Of a stretch of 64,000 nt of DNA, positions 15,810-25,181 are shown piece by piece (within the stretch, counting starts at the first letter, position 1; each line of letters opens with the position of its first letter). The DNA is taken from positions 1 to 64,000 of the IMG/VR virus record IMGVR_UViG_3300010413_000018; one strand, written 5' to 3'. Both the position numbers and the translations under genes were made by a program. Under the pieces are notes generated by a model. That model saw only the letters and a program-made list of their open reading frames with translations, was not told the DNA's origin and did no database searches. The stretch comes from a virus.

Positions 15810-16038
15810 AAAACTTGTTACCTGCCCGCGCTGTCAGTCTGCTTGGTGGCCAATGGATAAAGATCTGTTATTTCCCGGTTATTGTGCGCTCTGTCAAGGC
15901 GCGCGTACCGTTAGTGCCGCGCTATCAAGCGCCTACCAACTATTTCTCGACGAACGGTTTAAATACGATCAACACCCCGATGCAATTCTTACTCGGACGA
16001 TCGTCAAGACAGTAGACAATGACAGCAACGCGCGCTAA
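15802..16038 (+). CDS. Small Zn-finger paralog
   Basis: CPRC..CALC..VSAALSSAYQL. Confidence 0.8.
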   Translation: MSEKLVTCPRCQSAWWPMDKDLLFPGYCALCQGARTVSAALSSAYQLFLDERFKYDQHPDAILTRTIVKTVDNDSNAR

Positions 16039-16393
16039 ACGCCAAGAGCGCGATCGTCAAGCAATGGCTGCGGCGCCGTTAACAAAAGAACTCCATGATT
16101 TAATGCGACGCATGTACCGCTACTCAAAGCACCAGCCGGTAATAAAAAGCCGTAGCTCTTCGCTAAGCTATCAGTGTAACTTCCTCTGGACAGGTATGTA
16201 CTGGGTCGGAACTGGCGTTTACAAGCAACGTATTACCGCCATCAGGGATTTACGTCGGTGCGCCACCAAGCTACTTGAAGCGCAAGTTTGGAGCACCAGC
16301 ACGTACACACGGCTTATTGATCGCTTAGAAGCGATTGAAGTTGGCCTTGCCTTAATCAGTAGCCCAGCTTTAAAGAATATCTGCGATCGTTAG
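16019..16393 (+). CDS. Hypothetical protein
   Basis: Coupled ORF; C-terminal RLEAIEVGLALI. Confidence 0.6.
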   Translation: MTATRAKRQERDRQAMAAAPLTKELHDLMRRMYRYSKHQPVIKSRSSSLSYQCNFLWTGMYWVGTGVYKQRITAIRDLRRCATKLLEAQVWSTSTYTRLIDRLEAIEVGLALISSPALKNICDR

Positions 16394-16633
16394 ATCAACG
16401 GTCAAGCTTAATACCGACGTCTCATTCAACGGGTACGTCTGTGTATCAGCTCCAAACACTAACTGAAACGCTGCAACACGCTCTTCAGTAACTTCTTTTT
16501 TACCTTTACAAAAAGTACAAATGTCACCGCGCGCGTTTTCCGGCCTCTGGCTCGCAATGTAACGTATTGGCCAGCCAAACTTGTAAACTCGGCCGTCGCC
16601 GCGACAAACCGGACACCTAAGCCGCTTACTCAT
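16370..16633 (-). CDS. Small Zn-finger paralog
   Basis: CPVC..CTFC..VTEERVAAFQL. Confidence 0.8.
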   Translation of the reverse strand: MSKRLRCPVCRGDGRVYKFGWPIRYIASQRPENARGDICTFCKGKKEVTEERVAAFQLVFGADTQTYPLNETSVLSLTVDLTIADIL

Positions 16634-16838
16634 CCCGATCCTCAAGTTCATAGCGCACTTGTCTTGCGTCTAAAATAGACGGTAAATAGCCGTCTTCAGT
16701 GCCCATAAAAGCGTACGCTGTCGCTAGCGCTTTATAGATGCGCTTTGCATCGTCGCACAACGCGCACGGTTCCCCGCAGCTGGTTTCGATAAGAAACGGC
16801 TTATAGCTACCGCCTTTACAGCGCGGACAATCAACCAC
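16626..16838 (-). CDS. Small Zn-finger paralog
   Basis: CPRC..CALC..IYKALATAYAF. Confidence 0.8.
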   Translation of the reverse strand: MVDCPRCKGGSYKPFLIETSCGEPCALCDDAKRIYKALATAYAFMGTEDGYLPSILDARQVRYELEDRDE

Positions 16839-17097
16839 GATGACTACTCTCTAAATCAGCGATCAACTGACTAACGAACTTGATTGTGCGCACAACTGGA
16901 TTCAAAAGTGCTATCGCGGTGTAGGCCTCTTCAGTTACCCGTTGTGCTCCCTGACAAAGTGGACACGGGATGGGCTCAGCGCCTCCTAAGTTATAGCGCA
17001 CCAATTGATCATTCCACGCCCAATAAATTCCATCAACGCAAACCACCGTCCCCACTCCTTGGCAAACCGGGCATCTATACGTTTTAACGGCCGTCAC
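16831..17097 (-). CDS. Small Zn-finger paralog
   Basis: CPVC..CPLC..VTEEAYTAIAL. Confidence 0.8.
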   Translation of the reverse strand: MTAVKTYRCPVCQGVGTVVCVDGIYWAWNDQLVRYNLGGAEPIPCPLCQGAQRVTEEAYTAIALLNPVVRTIKFVSQLIADLESSHRG

Positions 17098-17372
17098 TGC
17101 GCCCTCCGATACGTTTTTCGTAGCTCGTCAATGTCTTCGAAAAAGTCAACCTTATTATTTAATGTTAAAGAAAACGCAATGGACAGCTCTTCGTCCACGT
17201 CACACGCGCCGTAACAAAGTGGGCATCTGCGCACTGCTGTAAATCCGTAGCGCTTCCATTTTTTACGATCTTTAAAAGTCACATTATGATACGGCGCTAG
17301 TGTCAAACGACTCACTCTAATTTCGCCAGCTCCTCCACATACCGGACACGTGACTTTTTTACTGCGTGGCAT
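17094..17372 (-). CDS. Small Zn-finger paralog
   Basis: CPVC..CPLC..VDEELSIAFSL. Confidence 0.8.
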   Translation of the reverse strand: MPRSKKVTCPVCGGAGEIRVSRLTLAPYHNVTFKDRKKWKRYGFTAVRRCPLCYGACDVDEELSIAFSLTLNNKVDFFEDIDELRKTYRRAQ

Positions 17373-17601
17373 ATGACTTCCTAAATTCTCTTAGTTCTTC
17401 GATTGTGGGATACCTATTAGTTTCCTTAAAAAGAGCATACGCGGTAAGCATCTCACGATCCGGTATTGCGCCTTTACCTTCGCATAATGGACAAGGGTAG
17501 CTATCCCACACTAAACGTTCTTCACCTTCACGTATGTACGCCACTGTCTTAAGCCCATGACAATGTGGACAATTCAATGGGCGCCCTCTACGCTTCGCCA
17601 T
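17359..17601 (-). CDS. Small Zn-finger paralog
   Basis: CPHC..CPLC..IPDREMLTAYAL. Confidence 0.8.
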   Translation of the reverse strand: MAKRRGRPLNCPHCHGLKTVAYIREGEERLVWDSYPCPLCEGKGAIPDREMLTAYALFKETNRYPTIEELREFRKSYATQ

Positions 17602-17827
17602 AACCCATCTCCACGCGTAGCTGTTTAATATCAGCAGAGTTTAAGTAGGTATTCTGGCGCTTTAAAATGAATGCAGTTGCCAATAGCCTAATGACCTTCT
17701 GCTTGCCTAAACAAAGCGCACAAGGATCTGGCGTATACTTCCATTCTCCCGATTTCTTGTCGTAGCCAGCGTACACTCCGTAATATCCAGTGCCTTTACA
17801 GGCTGGACACTTTACCTTTTTAGACAC
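17588..17827 (-). CDS. Small Zn-finger paralog
   Basis: CPAC..CALC..VIRLLATAFIL. Confidence 0.8.
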   Translation of the reverse strand: MSKKVKCPACKGTGYYGVYAGYDKKSGEWKYTPDPCALCLGKQKVIRLLATAFILKRQNTYLNSADIKQLRVEMGYGEA

Positions 17828-18218
17828 TAATACGATCTCCTTCTGCTAGTAAGCGGAGTGCGCCTTCTACCGCGTCCAATTGATCCCAAAACTCTTCTAC
17901 TCCGTTATGCTCCCACTGACTACATTTGATAGGCTGTACTTTTTTAAATACAATATCTGCATACGCACGAAGTAAGCGTAAACGAGAAAGTGCTTGAGAG
18001 CGAGATATAATCGCTGCAGTCGTCTTGAAGTAAAACCGTTCAAACGTAGCGCCGTACTGCGCTTCAAAATCTGCATGCCCCCGACATAAAAACCCTAGTT
18101 CAATGATGATCGTTTCAAGGCTATACACTTGGTTAAAATAATATGTATCAGGTACGGTTTGAGCACGCACCTTTAAAAAGTTTTCAACCTGCTCTGTAGA
18201 TAACCGCATCATCGGCAT
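17820..18218 (-). CDS. Hypothetical protein
   Basis: Coupled ORF; C-terminal QLDAVEGALRLL. Confidence 0.65.
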   Translation of the reverse strand: MPMMRLSTEQVENFLKVRAQTVPDTYYFNQVYSLETIIIELGFLCRGHADFEAQYGATFERFYFKTTAAIISRSQALSRLRLLRAYADIVFKKVQPIKCSQWEHNGVEEFWDQLDAVEGALRLLAEGDRISV

Positions 18219-18625
18219 TGTACGTCACTCCGTAACTGACGCAGCTCTTCATCTTCTGGAACTTCATCGTCATCCCAATCAGCGGTCACTAGCGCGTACG
18301 CGGCGTACAACTCATTTGAAATTAAACCTGCTCCTTCGCACAATCGGCAATTATTCCATATTATGTTTCGTTGTGCAGGTTCATTGACTGGTGTTTGATC
18401 ATAAATAAGCGTATAATCGCCGCCTCTCCCATCGCAAGCCGGACATCTATTTCTTTCTTCTTTTGTTGGCCTGATTTTCCTGCTTTGCATAAGCGATCGC
18501 TGCATCTCCGTCAAAGGTACTGAATGCACCATCCGGGCTAGTCCACACGAACGCATAGCTGTATTGTCCTTTACGCCGTTGTCGTCGTGTCCAGCCTGCT
18601 CGAAATAAGTATCCGACGTCTTCAC
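18209..18625 (-). CDS. Zn-finger paralog with N-terminal extension
   Basis: CPAC..CRLC..ISNELYAAYAL. Confidence 0.75.
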   Translation of the reverse strand: MKTSDTYFEQAGHDDNGVKDNTAMRSCGLARMVHSVPLTEMQRSLMQSRKIRPTKEERNRCPACDGRGGDYTLIYDQTPVNEPAQRNIIWNNCRLCEGAGLISNELYAAYALVTADWDDDEVPEDEELRQLRSDVQCR

Positions 18626-18628
18626 TTC

Positions 18629-18886
18629 TCACAACTGCTCTTTGTTAATACGTAAAAGGTATTTAACCGCACAACGCTTACACGTATTGTGCTTTAAATG
18701 AAAGTCAACTATAGGAACATCCAAGTCCCAACCCATCCTTTCTTTTACATGTCCGCACAAGCTTTCCGTAGTAATTCCTCCTCCGAGCTTGCGTCCTTCC
18801 TTAGTCAACTCACGAATATGCCAAAGCGCGTGCGGACCCGCGCAGTTCGATTCACAAAACGAATACTCCGTTTTCTTCTTACCCAT
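18629..18886 (-). CDS. Hypothetical Zn-binding protein
   Basis: WHIR..SLCG..CKRC. Confidence 0.65.
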   Translation of the reverse strand: MGKKKTEYSFCESNCAGPHALWHIRELTKEGRKLGGGITTESLCGHVKERMGWDLDVPIVDFHLKHNTCKRCAVKYLLRINKEQL

Positions 18887-19193
18887 GGTGCCTCTTTTGT
18901 AAGCGTTTAGGCAACATCGCGTAGGCTTCGTCTATTAGCTCTTGAACGGTACCTGGAACCTCCGTTCCATTTACCACCAACTTATTAGCTAGCACGATCG
19001 CTTCGCCGTCAGAATCCTCTTTACACACTTCAAACGACACCGTCCGGTTATCGCTTAGTACCTCAGCCTCAAAGTTATAGCCGGCCGACTCTAACGCAGA
19101 AGCTTTCGCCAACGTGGTGTCATCCACTGTAAGCTTGATAGATCGGCGCTTTCCTCCCGGCCTAACAAATTGTGTAAACTCAACGCTTGCCAT
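18879..19193 (-). CDS. Hypothetical protein
   Basis: GGAGG RBS before MASVEF. Confidence 0.7.
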   Translation of the reverse strand: MASVEFTQFVRPGGKRRSIKLTVDDTTLAKASALESAGYNFEAEVLSDNRTVSFEVCKEDSDGEAIVLANKLVVNGTEVPGTVQELIDEAYAMLPKRLQKRHHG

Positions 19194-19258
19194 TTTACCT
19201 CCAGTTAAGATTGCCCTCCCCGCAGGAGTATAAACGGGGAGGACGGTTGGACAACACA

Positions 19259-19786
19259 CTAAGGATTACGTTGTAAAAACCTTACAATATTTTGCAGTTC
19301 ATTTCGAACCGCATGCAGTTTAGATAAGCGATCGTGATACTCGTTGTTAACTCCACCGTTCGTACCATCAAGGTGCGCGCTACGCTTATACATTTCAACC
19401 ACTTCAACGGCGTTTTCAACGGCCGTTAGCTGGTCCTGGTACATGCTAAGAAGTTCAACTTTTGGTACGCCGTCGACACAATCCCACTCCGAACAGAACT
19501 CTATTAATTCCTTAATTTGATTAGCGATCAACTTGAGAGACGCTTCCTGATCTCCTTCAATCAAAAATCCGACCTCTTCATTGCCGTACAAGAACTCCGC
19601 CAGTATGGCGCCTTCGGAGTCTACTTGCACCTCAAAAAACAAGCTGATGTCGTATCCGTCTACCTTCGGCCAGGCCACTACGTTGTGCCCGCGATCACGT
19701 AGTACGTTAATAAGCGCTTGGGTAAGATCGTCGATGCGCGCTTGATCTTGCTTAGCCTCCGTCATGCTCATCTCCTGTCGGTCCAA
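19259..19786 (-). CDS. Hypothetical protein
   Basis: ORF track. Confidence 0.65.
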   Translation of the reverse strand: MDRQEMSMTEAKQDQARIDDLTQALINVLRDRGHNVVAWPKVDGYDISLFFEVQVDSEGAILAEFLYGNEEVGFLIEGDQEASLKLIANQIKELIEFCSEWDCVDGVPKVELLSMYQDQLTAVENAVEVVEMYKRSAHLDGTNGGVNNEYHDRLSKLHAVRNELQNIVRFLQRNP

Positions 19787-19958
19787 TTAGTTCAAGCATA
19801 AACCGTACTGCGTACAGTAGCACCAGTACAAAAATTCCGAATGCAATAGAAAACTGAAAGTTATCTTCACCAGTTTTAATGAGCTGTATTGTGTCCGCAA
19901 AAAAATTCAGCGCGTATGATACTAGCAATAAGCTCAGTATGCTAACCAATGCCAACAT
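19752..19958 (-). CDS. Small membrane protein (2 TM)
   Basis: Two hydrophobic stretches. Confidence 0.6.
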   Translation of the reverse strand: MLALVSILSLLLVSYALNFFADTIQLIKTGEDNFQFSIAFGIFVLVLLYAVRFMLELIGPTGDEHDGG

Positions 19959-20300
19959 CTAGCAGGCTCCCTTTAGCGCGTGGGCGCAGTATTCGTCGCG
20001 TAGCGTTTGTTCGAGGTTAAGGTCAGCGTCGCGAAGGTAAAGCTCAAAAGCTACGCCGTCTTTGGTCCCGGTCATCGACTCGGCGATCTGTAAAACGTTG
20101 CTGAGCGCGTTTCCGGGAAGGATCTCGCTCGCCGCCTCTAGCGCTTGTCGGCAAAGCTCGTAAATGTCTTCGCCAAAAGTGATTATAAAACCGGTCTGTT
20201 TCATCGTGTCAAGCGCTTTCGCTAGGTCGATTCCAACGCGGTAAATGTCGTTTATTGTAGCGGTTGTCATTGTTGTTTCTCCTTGTTGTGTTGTCGTCAT
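19959..20300 (-). CDS. Hypothetical early protein
   Basis: After promoter module; weak resemblance to 10045..10368 (CxxxLPxxALS helix pattern). Confidence 0.65.
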   Translation of the reverse strand: MTTTQQGETTMTTATINDIYRVGIDLAKALDTMKQTGFIITFGEDIYELCRQALEAASEILPGNALSNVLQIAESMTGTKDGVAFELYLRDADLNLEQTLRDEYCAHALKGAC

Positions 20301-20353
20301 ATTTAAAGCATACTTCATTTTGTTACGTTTGCAAATAAAAAGTAACGTTGCAA
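20301..20353 (-). promoter_or_regulatory. Early promoter module copy (53 bp identical to 9992-10044)
   Basis: Reverse complement of the 9992 copy. Confidence 0.8.
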
Positions 20354-20375
20354 ATTATTTATTTTTGGCTACCCC

Positions 20376-20960
20376 TTACCACGCTTCATTGTCGCCTTCC
20401 AGTAGCTGGAGAATTGAGATTAAATACGGAAAATCTTCTTCGCAACGACGTAAAAACGCGTGTATTGGCCCTTCTTCCGAAGCGCGCTCGCTCAACACTT
20501 TCACACACTTCAGTAACCTTTGAAGATCGCGCGCGCCGTTATTAATGACGTCATGATGAATGTACGCCAAGGTTTTATGCTTAAACAACCACTGATACAG
20601 CCTAAACCAATGAACAAAGTACGGCCGATCAGCAAGGTCAACCGGATAGGTATCAGCGGCTGGGTCTGGATAGCGTTCAAGATCAACCGTAAACATTCCA
20701 AGCTGTAATGAGCTAATTCCGTACGCTCTCGCTGAAAACTCAGGATGCTCGTACGGATTTACATGTGGTCGCAACCACTCAGAATACTTGGTTTTTTTCC
20801 ACGCATCCATGGCTTCTTCATGCCACCAAAATATACGCTTAACGACATCGTATCCTAGCGCTTTACTCACTGGGCACCAGCGCATTATTTGGTGTTCGCG
20901 CTTACGCATCTGGCGCCGTAGTTTGCGCCGTTTTCTTTTATACCGTTTGTTTCCCATCAT
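20376..20960 (-). CDS. Hypothetical protein with basic N-terminus
   Basis: ORF track. Confidence 0.6.
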   Translation of the reverse strand: MMGNKRYKRKRRKLRRQMRKREHQIMRWCPVSKALGYDVVKRIFWWHEEAMDAWKKTKYSEWLRPHVNPYEHPEFSARAYGISSLQLGMFTVDLERYPDPAADTYPVDLADRPYFVHWFRLYQWLFKHKTLAYIHHDVINNGARDLQRLLKCVKVLSERASEEGPIHAFLRRCEEDFPYLISILQLLEGDNEAW

Positions 20961-21048
20961 TAAATATTACCGGCCATTAAGACCGGTAATACCCTTTCAG
21001 CATGTTTTCTACTATGTCCAATTGATCTCGCCGGTTACCTCCAGTCTG

Positions 21049-21315
21049 TTAGTTGTCTATACCTTGCAGCGACGTGCTGCGAAAAATTAGCGTTTTTTGA
21101 CAGTGTTTGCGTTTCGGTTGTCCAACCCAACGACTCCACGCGTAGCGATCGCTCATCTTTACAAAGCACAAGCCGGATACGGCCGGTAAATCGACAACCC
21201 AAACAGCTTGATTGTCACGCATCACCGCGCGTAGTATTCTTACCTCACCGTTAGCGATCCGCTTGTCCAATGAACTGAGTAACTTTTGGTCAGTGATAAG
21301 CATTACAACCTCCAT
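21049..21315 (-). CDS. Hypothetical protein
   Basis: ORF with GGAGG before second Met. Confidence 0.55.
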   Translation of the reverse strand: MEVVMLITDQKLLSSLDKRIANGEVRILRAVMRDNQAVWVVDLPAVSGLCFVKMSDRYAWSRWVGQPKRKHCQKTLIFRSTSLQGIDN

Positions 21316-21446
21316 TAATTACTAAATACGGCTCGCTGCGGTTATGATTAATACCCTTACACTTGGTAATTGCACGATTGTCAAAAATTTTGTAAAACCA
21401 ATAGCGCTGGGCATAATAGCAAATTGAACACTATCAACTTTTACAG

Positions 21447-22292
21447 GTGACAATGTCTGAATACATTTTTAATCCAAAAACAAATGGTTCGCAAGTTCTC
21501 GGTTGCGTACCGCTGCACGGTCCTTGTCCGTTCGCGTGCGCGGACTGCTTTGCCCAATACAAGGACAAACGAGGGCGCTCTTACCTCGGGGAAAACTGGG
21601 AGCACACACCTAACATGCCTAGCTTGGAACAGGCTGAGAAGAAGATTATACGCGTTAACGACATTGGTGACTCGTCGGATCGTGTCAACCAAGTAGTCGC
21701 CGCCGTCCAATGCTACAAGCACCGCTTTTATAACACCTCGTTCACCGGCCGACTACAGCACTTCGACGCGCCGTTTATGCTGTCGGTAAATCCCGGTGAC
21801 CTTACCGACCAATCGTATCAGCAGATTCTTAGCCGGTTTCACAGCAATGCACTCGCGGTACGCGTTCGCGTCAATATGTGGAACGTCCACGTCGTGCAAG
21901 AAGTGATCAATCACTACACTGCGGTAGGAATACCGGTCATCATGACGTTCATGGCCTATCATGAAACGCCGATCCCACGCGAATACGAGCAATACTACAA
22001 AGATCGCCAACGGACCATCAATAACTACTACTGCATCACGCAAGAAGGTTGGGACAAGGTACTGGCTCAACTGCAGTTAAATGAACTCACTTTGACGTGC
22101 GGACGCGACGCTACCACCCACGCCTGCACCGCGTGCCGTAACTGCGAAAAGCTTTACGTCCTACACATGCTTCGACGTGACCATAATATTAAACCGGACG
22201 ACGCCGCTGAACTCTTCGACCTACTGAAGTCCGAACAGCAAGACGAGGTTTACGCCAAATGGTTAAATCCATCGAAGAACCTGTATACATAA
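21447..22292 (+). CDS. Radical SAM-like Fe-S protein
   Basis: N-terminal CxxxCxxCF (CPFACADCF), IRVNDIGD, C-terminal Cys cluster C..CTACRNC. Confidence 0.6.
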   Translation: MTMSEYIFNPKTNGSQVLGCVPLHGPCPFACADCFAQYKDKRGRSYLGENWEHTPNMPSLEQAEKKIIRVNDIGDSSDRVNQVVAAVQCYKHRFYNTSFTGRLQHFDAPFMLSVNPGDLTDQSYQQILSRFHSNALAVRVRVNMWNVHVVQEVINHYTAVGIPVIMTFMAYHETPIPREYEQYYKDRQRTINNYYCITQEGWDKVLAQLQLNELTLTCGRDATTHACTACRNCEKLYVLHMLRRDHNIKPDDAAELFDLLKSEQQDEVYAKWLNPSKNLYT

Positions 22293-22840
22293 TCCCGCGA
22301 ATCAAAAATAAAAAAGATTCGTATCGTATCTGGGAGCAAGGCGGTTTCGGTAATCGCCTGCAAGCTTGGTTCTCTCTAGAAGAACTGCGCGAAGCTTCAT
22401 ACTCGGGCCAAGTAGGGATCCGCTACAGCGATGTGCGTGGAGGCGGTTCCTTATTTGTGCCGTTTCTAGATCAAGACACTCTTACCGCGAAAGTTGAAGA
22501 GCTGGAAGAAAAGGGATATCGGCGCGCCGACATGGTGTTCAGCGAGATGGCTCCTGATTACGCGCTGACCATTAACGGTGAGGTTAATGACTTCTGGGAT
22601 TTATGGTATTCACACGTAAAAAAACCTATGCGGATCGCCTTGAAAGAGTGGAGTCGCCACGAATCCGGTGTCCGCGCACGAATGATTATTCGGCAGTTCA
22701 TGAACGATGCTAGCTATGCTGATTTGTGCGCACTAATGGATCTCTATCCTGCCCACACAATTGAGTTTAGCTGCTATCCTTTCCACTTGGGTAATATCCC
22801 TGGTCGAAATTCAGTTATCTGGGAAGTGCGTAAATACTAA
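22259..22840 (+). CDS. Hypothetical protein
   Basis: ORF track, coupled. Confidence 0.65.
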   Translation: MVKSIEEPVYIIPRIKNKKDSYRIWEQGGFGNRLQAWFSLEELREASYSGQVGIRYSDVRGGGSLFVPFLDQDTLTAKVEELEEKGYRRADMVFSEMAPDYALTINGEVNDFWDLWYSHVKKPMRIALKEWSRHESGVRARMIIRQFMNDASYADLCALMDLYPAHTIEFSCYPFHLGNIPGRNSVIWEVRKY

Positions 22841-23172
22841 TGCCGGATCAAGAAAAAACCCCTAAAATGATCCTGCTAGACACCAGCAATCTGGAAGAGA
22901 TTGAAGGTGCCCTAGCACTACTCAATACCGAAGACGGCATCACCGCGTATCGGTACGCGCTCCTAACCTTTCCTCTACCAGAAAATCAATACGACTTTGA
23001 GCTAGCGTATAGAGGCGCTGACTTCGCGTTTGCTTGGGATGAAATACGTAATCAAATTCGTGATGAGCTAAAATACAACCCCAACATCAGCGAAGAATAC
23101 TCTAAAGCGCTACGTTGGGTGCAAAAAATTATGTACGATCTCGTAACTGAAAAGAACCTTCCAACATTTTGA
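22840..23172 (+). CDS. Hypothetical protein
   Basis: Coupled ORF. Confidence 0.65.
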   Translation: MPDQEKTPKMILLDTSNLEEIEGALALLNTEDGITAYRYALLTFPLPENQYDFELAYRGADFAFAWDEIRNQIRDELKYNPNISEEYSKALRWVQKIMYDLVTEKNLPTF

Positions 23173-23534
23173 CAGGTAACATGAAGTTCACCATCGACAC
23201 CACCAAACTAGCCAACCAAGTGAAGCTATGCCGGCGAAACTTACGCTCTGATCGCGTCAAGGTTTGCGCCCAATGCCCATTTGAAGACATCATTGTTCAC
23301 CGGTATCCTGAGCTTCAAAAACTGTTCGTAGCAAAACGGCGTAGTGTTGCCAGAAAAACGCATGTGTCTGCTGCAGGCACTTTAGTTGTGGAGACAACAC
23401 AAGTGCATAATTGCTGGAACTGCGGGCACACTAAAAACGCTTGCTTTAACAAGCAGTTTCCTCCAAAAAAAAGCTCAGAAGGGCGCGACTGTCACCTTTG
23501 GATACCAGTAGGCGCGGATGACGGCCAGCTTTAA
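23169..23534 (+). CDS. Cys-rich hypothetical protein
   Basis: CAQC, CWNC. Confidence 0.6.
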   Translation: MTGNMKFTIDTTKLANQVKLCRRNLRSDRVKVCAQCPFEDIIVHRYPELQKLFVAKRRSVARKTHVSAAGTLVVETTQVHNCWNCGHTKNACFNKQFPPKKSSEGRDCHLWIPVGADDGQL

Positions 23535-23772
23535 TCAGCGATCGCAGTGCGAGCAGTGCTTCAACGAAAACTGTGGCGATCGCGGTAAGCGCAACATTCA
23601 CTGGGACGGTAAGCGCAACTACTGCAGTCGGTTCAAGACGGACCCTAATAAGGCCGACACGCTGCCTCCGCCACCTCAAGGTAAAAGCTTAGAGGAGTGG
23701 CAGCGCGACCTTGCGAAGGCTATGAAGGGCATGCGTGTCTTTTTAAAACAAAACGCGCGCTCGACAGACTAA
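23518..23772 (+). CDS. Cys-rich hypothetical protein
   Basis: CEQC..C..C. Confidence 0.6.
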   Translation: MTASFNQRSQCEQCFNENCGDRGKRNIHWDGKRNYCSRFKTDPNKADTLPPPPQGKSLEEWQRDLAKAMKGMRVFLKQNARSTD

Positions 23773-23980
23773 GCGGTATTGGGCTATCAATAAAAGCGTG
23801 TGGGGGCAACTGCCACTCTTATTGACTACCGCGCCGTATCAGAGCGCGCTGGCCACCGTTCCACTGTAAGTGCGCCTGCTACACCGGAAACCAGCAACCG
23901 GTATCGTAACAGGGGAAGGACGCGCACGAACAGCTGGCTTGTGGTTATGTTAAGCGTAGCCGAGAAGCGCGCTCGCGGTC
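23773..23980. ncRNA. Candidate structured RNA/DNA (two long nested stem-loops) between convergent genes
   Basis: Pairings GCGGTA/TACCGC, TCAATAA/TTATTGA; GAGCGCGCT/AGCGCGCTC, GTGCG/CGCAC, CCTG/CAGG, ACCGG/CCGGT. Confidence 0.4.
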
Positions 23981-23994
23981 AACTGATTTCCATT

Positions 23995-24021
23995 AAAGAA
24001 AAAAGCCGGCCGTAGCCGGCT
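23995..24021 (-). terminator. Rho-independent terminator
   Basis: AGCCGGC-CGTA-GCCGGCT stem with A-tract on + side. Confidence 0.7.
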
Positions 24022-24040
24022 CTATTCTCTGAAGTTTATT

Positions 24041-24319
24041 TTAAAGTTCGGTTGCGCACCCCATCGGAATTCCATGAACAAGCGGATTGTACCGCCTATC
24101 TATTTTACCTTCAGCTTCAAGGTAACGGTATTCAGTTGCCGCGTCTTCAACCGACAGCGCGTGCGTCGCGTAATGCCATACTGCGGCGCCAGTCGGTATA
24201 CGGCCGGCCGGCAGTACGCATACAAGCGGATCTTTCCAACCACAACGTTCCAGGTCAAATACCAACCAAACTGAAAAGCGCTTCATTCCGGACCAAGTTC
24301 TTCGCTTTCTGATCTTCAT
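24041..24319 (-). CDS. Hypothetical protein
   Basis: GGAG RBS. Confidence 0.6.
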   Translation of the reverse strand: MKIRKRRTWSGMKRFSVWLVFDLERCGWKDPLVCVLPAGRIPTGAAVWHYATHALSVEDAATEYRYLEAEGKIDRRYNPLVHGIPMGCATEL

Positions 24320-24322
24320 AGC

Positions 24323-24532
24323 TTACTCCCAGCCTTTAATGTTCGCGTTGTAATGTAAACCGGATCTTATAGCCGCGCGGAACGCTTCAGCCGGATTCGT
24401 AAACGTAGTTGCGCCGTTTACAGTTTCGCGGTTACTGCTACCTGGCTTTACAAAGATCCAGTTAGCCGTGCCAAAACAATCGGCTGTTTCTCGTACCAGT
24501 GTGATCATTGAATTCTCCTTGTTGTTGTCCAT
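24323..24532 (-). CDS. Hypothetical early protein
   Basis: After promoter module. Confidence 0.65.
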   Translation of the reverse strand: MDNNKENSMITLVRETADCFGTANWIFVKPGSSNRETVNGATTFTNPAEAFRAAIRSGLHYNANIKGWE

Positions 24533-24585
24533 ACTTAAAGGATAACAAAAAATTGAATGAATGCAAATAAAAAGTAACGTTGCAA
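24533..24585 (-). promoter_or_regulatory. Early promoter module copy
   Basis: Motif at 24562-24585. Confidence 0.8.
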
Positions 24586-24622
24586 ATAAAAATGTAAGTT
24601 TTTACCTACAAACTAGGTATTC

Positions 24623-24994
24623 TTACCCGTCTATCATCGTCTCAGCTATTGCGTGTTCTTTAATCCACGCAACCACCGCATCATGCGTTTCGTCGCCGGC
24701 ACCGCGCTCTCGCTCAACCCATTTTAAGGTCTGTACCTCTTTCACAATACTTTGATCCTCGGCTTTCACCAAGCACCCGCGCACCGTAATAAGACACGCG
24801 TCGTACGCGAACAGCCACTCCATCCCGTATTCTCGATGCTGTTGTGGATCGTAACCTAACCGGCTACCCATTTCTTCGACAATGTCGGCCTTTACACGTG
24901 TGACCCACACTGGCTCGCGGCGACTCTGGCTGTAACTCTGGCTCTGACTCTTGCTGCTGTTCCCACTCATTGTAAACCCGCATTCCGTTTTCAT
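24623..24994 (-). CDS. Hypothetical protein
   Basis: ORF track. Confidence 0.55.
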   Translation of the reverse strand: MKTECGFTMSGNSSKSQSQSYSQSRREPVWVTRVKADIVEEMGSRLGYDPQQHREYGMEWLFAYDACLITVRGCLVKAEDQSIVKEVQTLKWVERERGAGDETHDAVVAWIKEHAIAETMIDG

Positions 24995-25181
24995 CGTGGC
25001 TGACCATGAATTTAATTAGTTTTTTGATTACATTTTCATATCGCGCTAACCGACGCTGCTGGCGCGCTACTTTGGATCGCAACTCAACCAGCTCAATGGC
25101 GTCAGCATTACGAGTCCTGATACCGGCCTGGTCTAAATCAAACCGTAGTGCTTTTTCTTCCAATGACAGCTCGTTAGCCAT
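24864..25181 (-). CDS. Hypothetical protein
   Basis: AAGGA RBS; overlaps next ORF. Confidence 0.55.
   Translation of the reverse strand: MANELSLEEKALRFDLDQAGIRTRNADAIELVELRSKVARQQRRLARYENVIKKLIKFMVSHDENGMRVYNEWEQQQESEPELQPESPRASVGHTCKGRHCRRNG

Noticed and set aside
3991-18625. Annotating the Zn-finger ORFs as DnaJ
   Set aside because: CxxCxGxG resemblance only; no J domain or HPD motif, and they carry a family-specific AYxL helix
3991-18625. Diversity-generating retroelement or integron as the source of the paralogs
   Set aside because: No reverse transcriptase, integrase, template/variable repeat pair or attC-like spacers seen; the genes overlap directly
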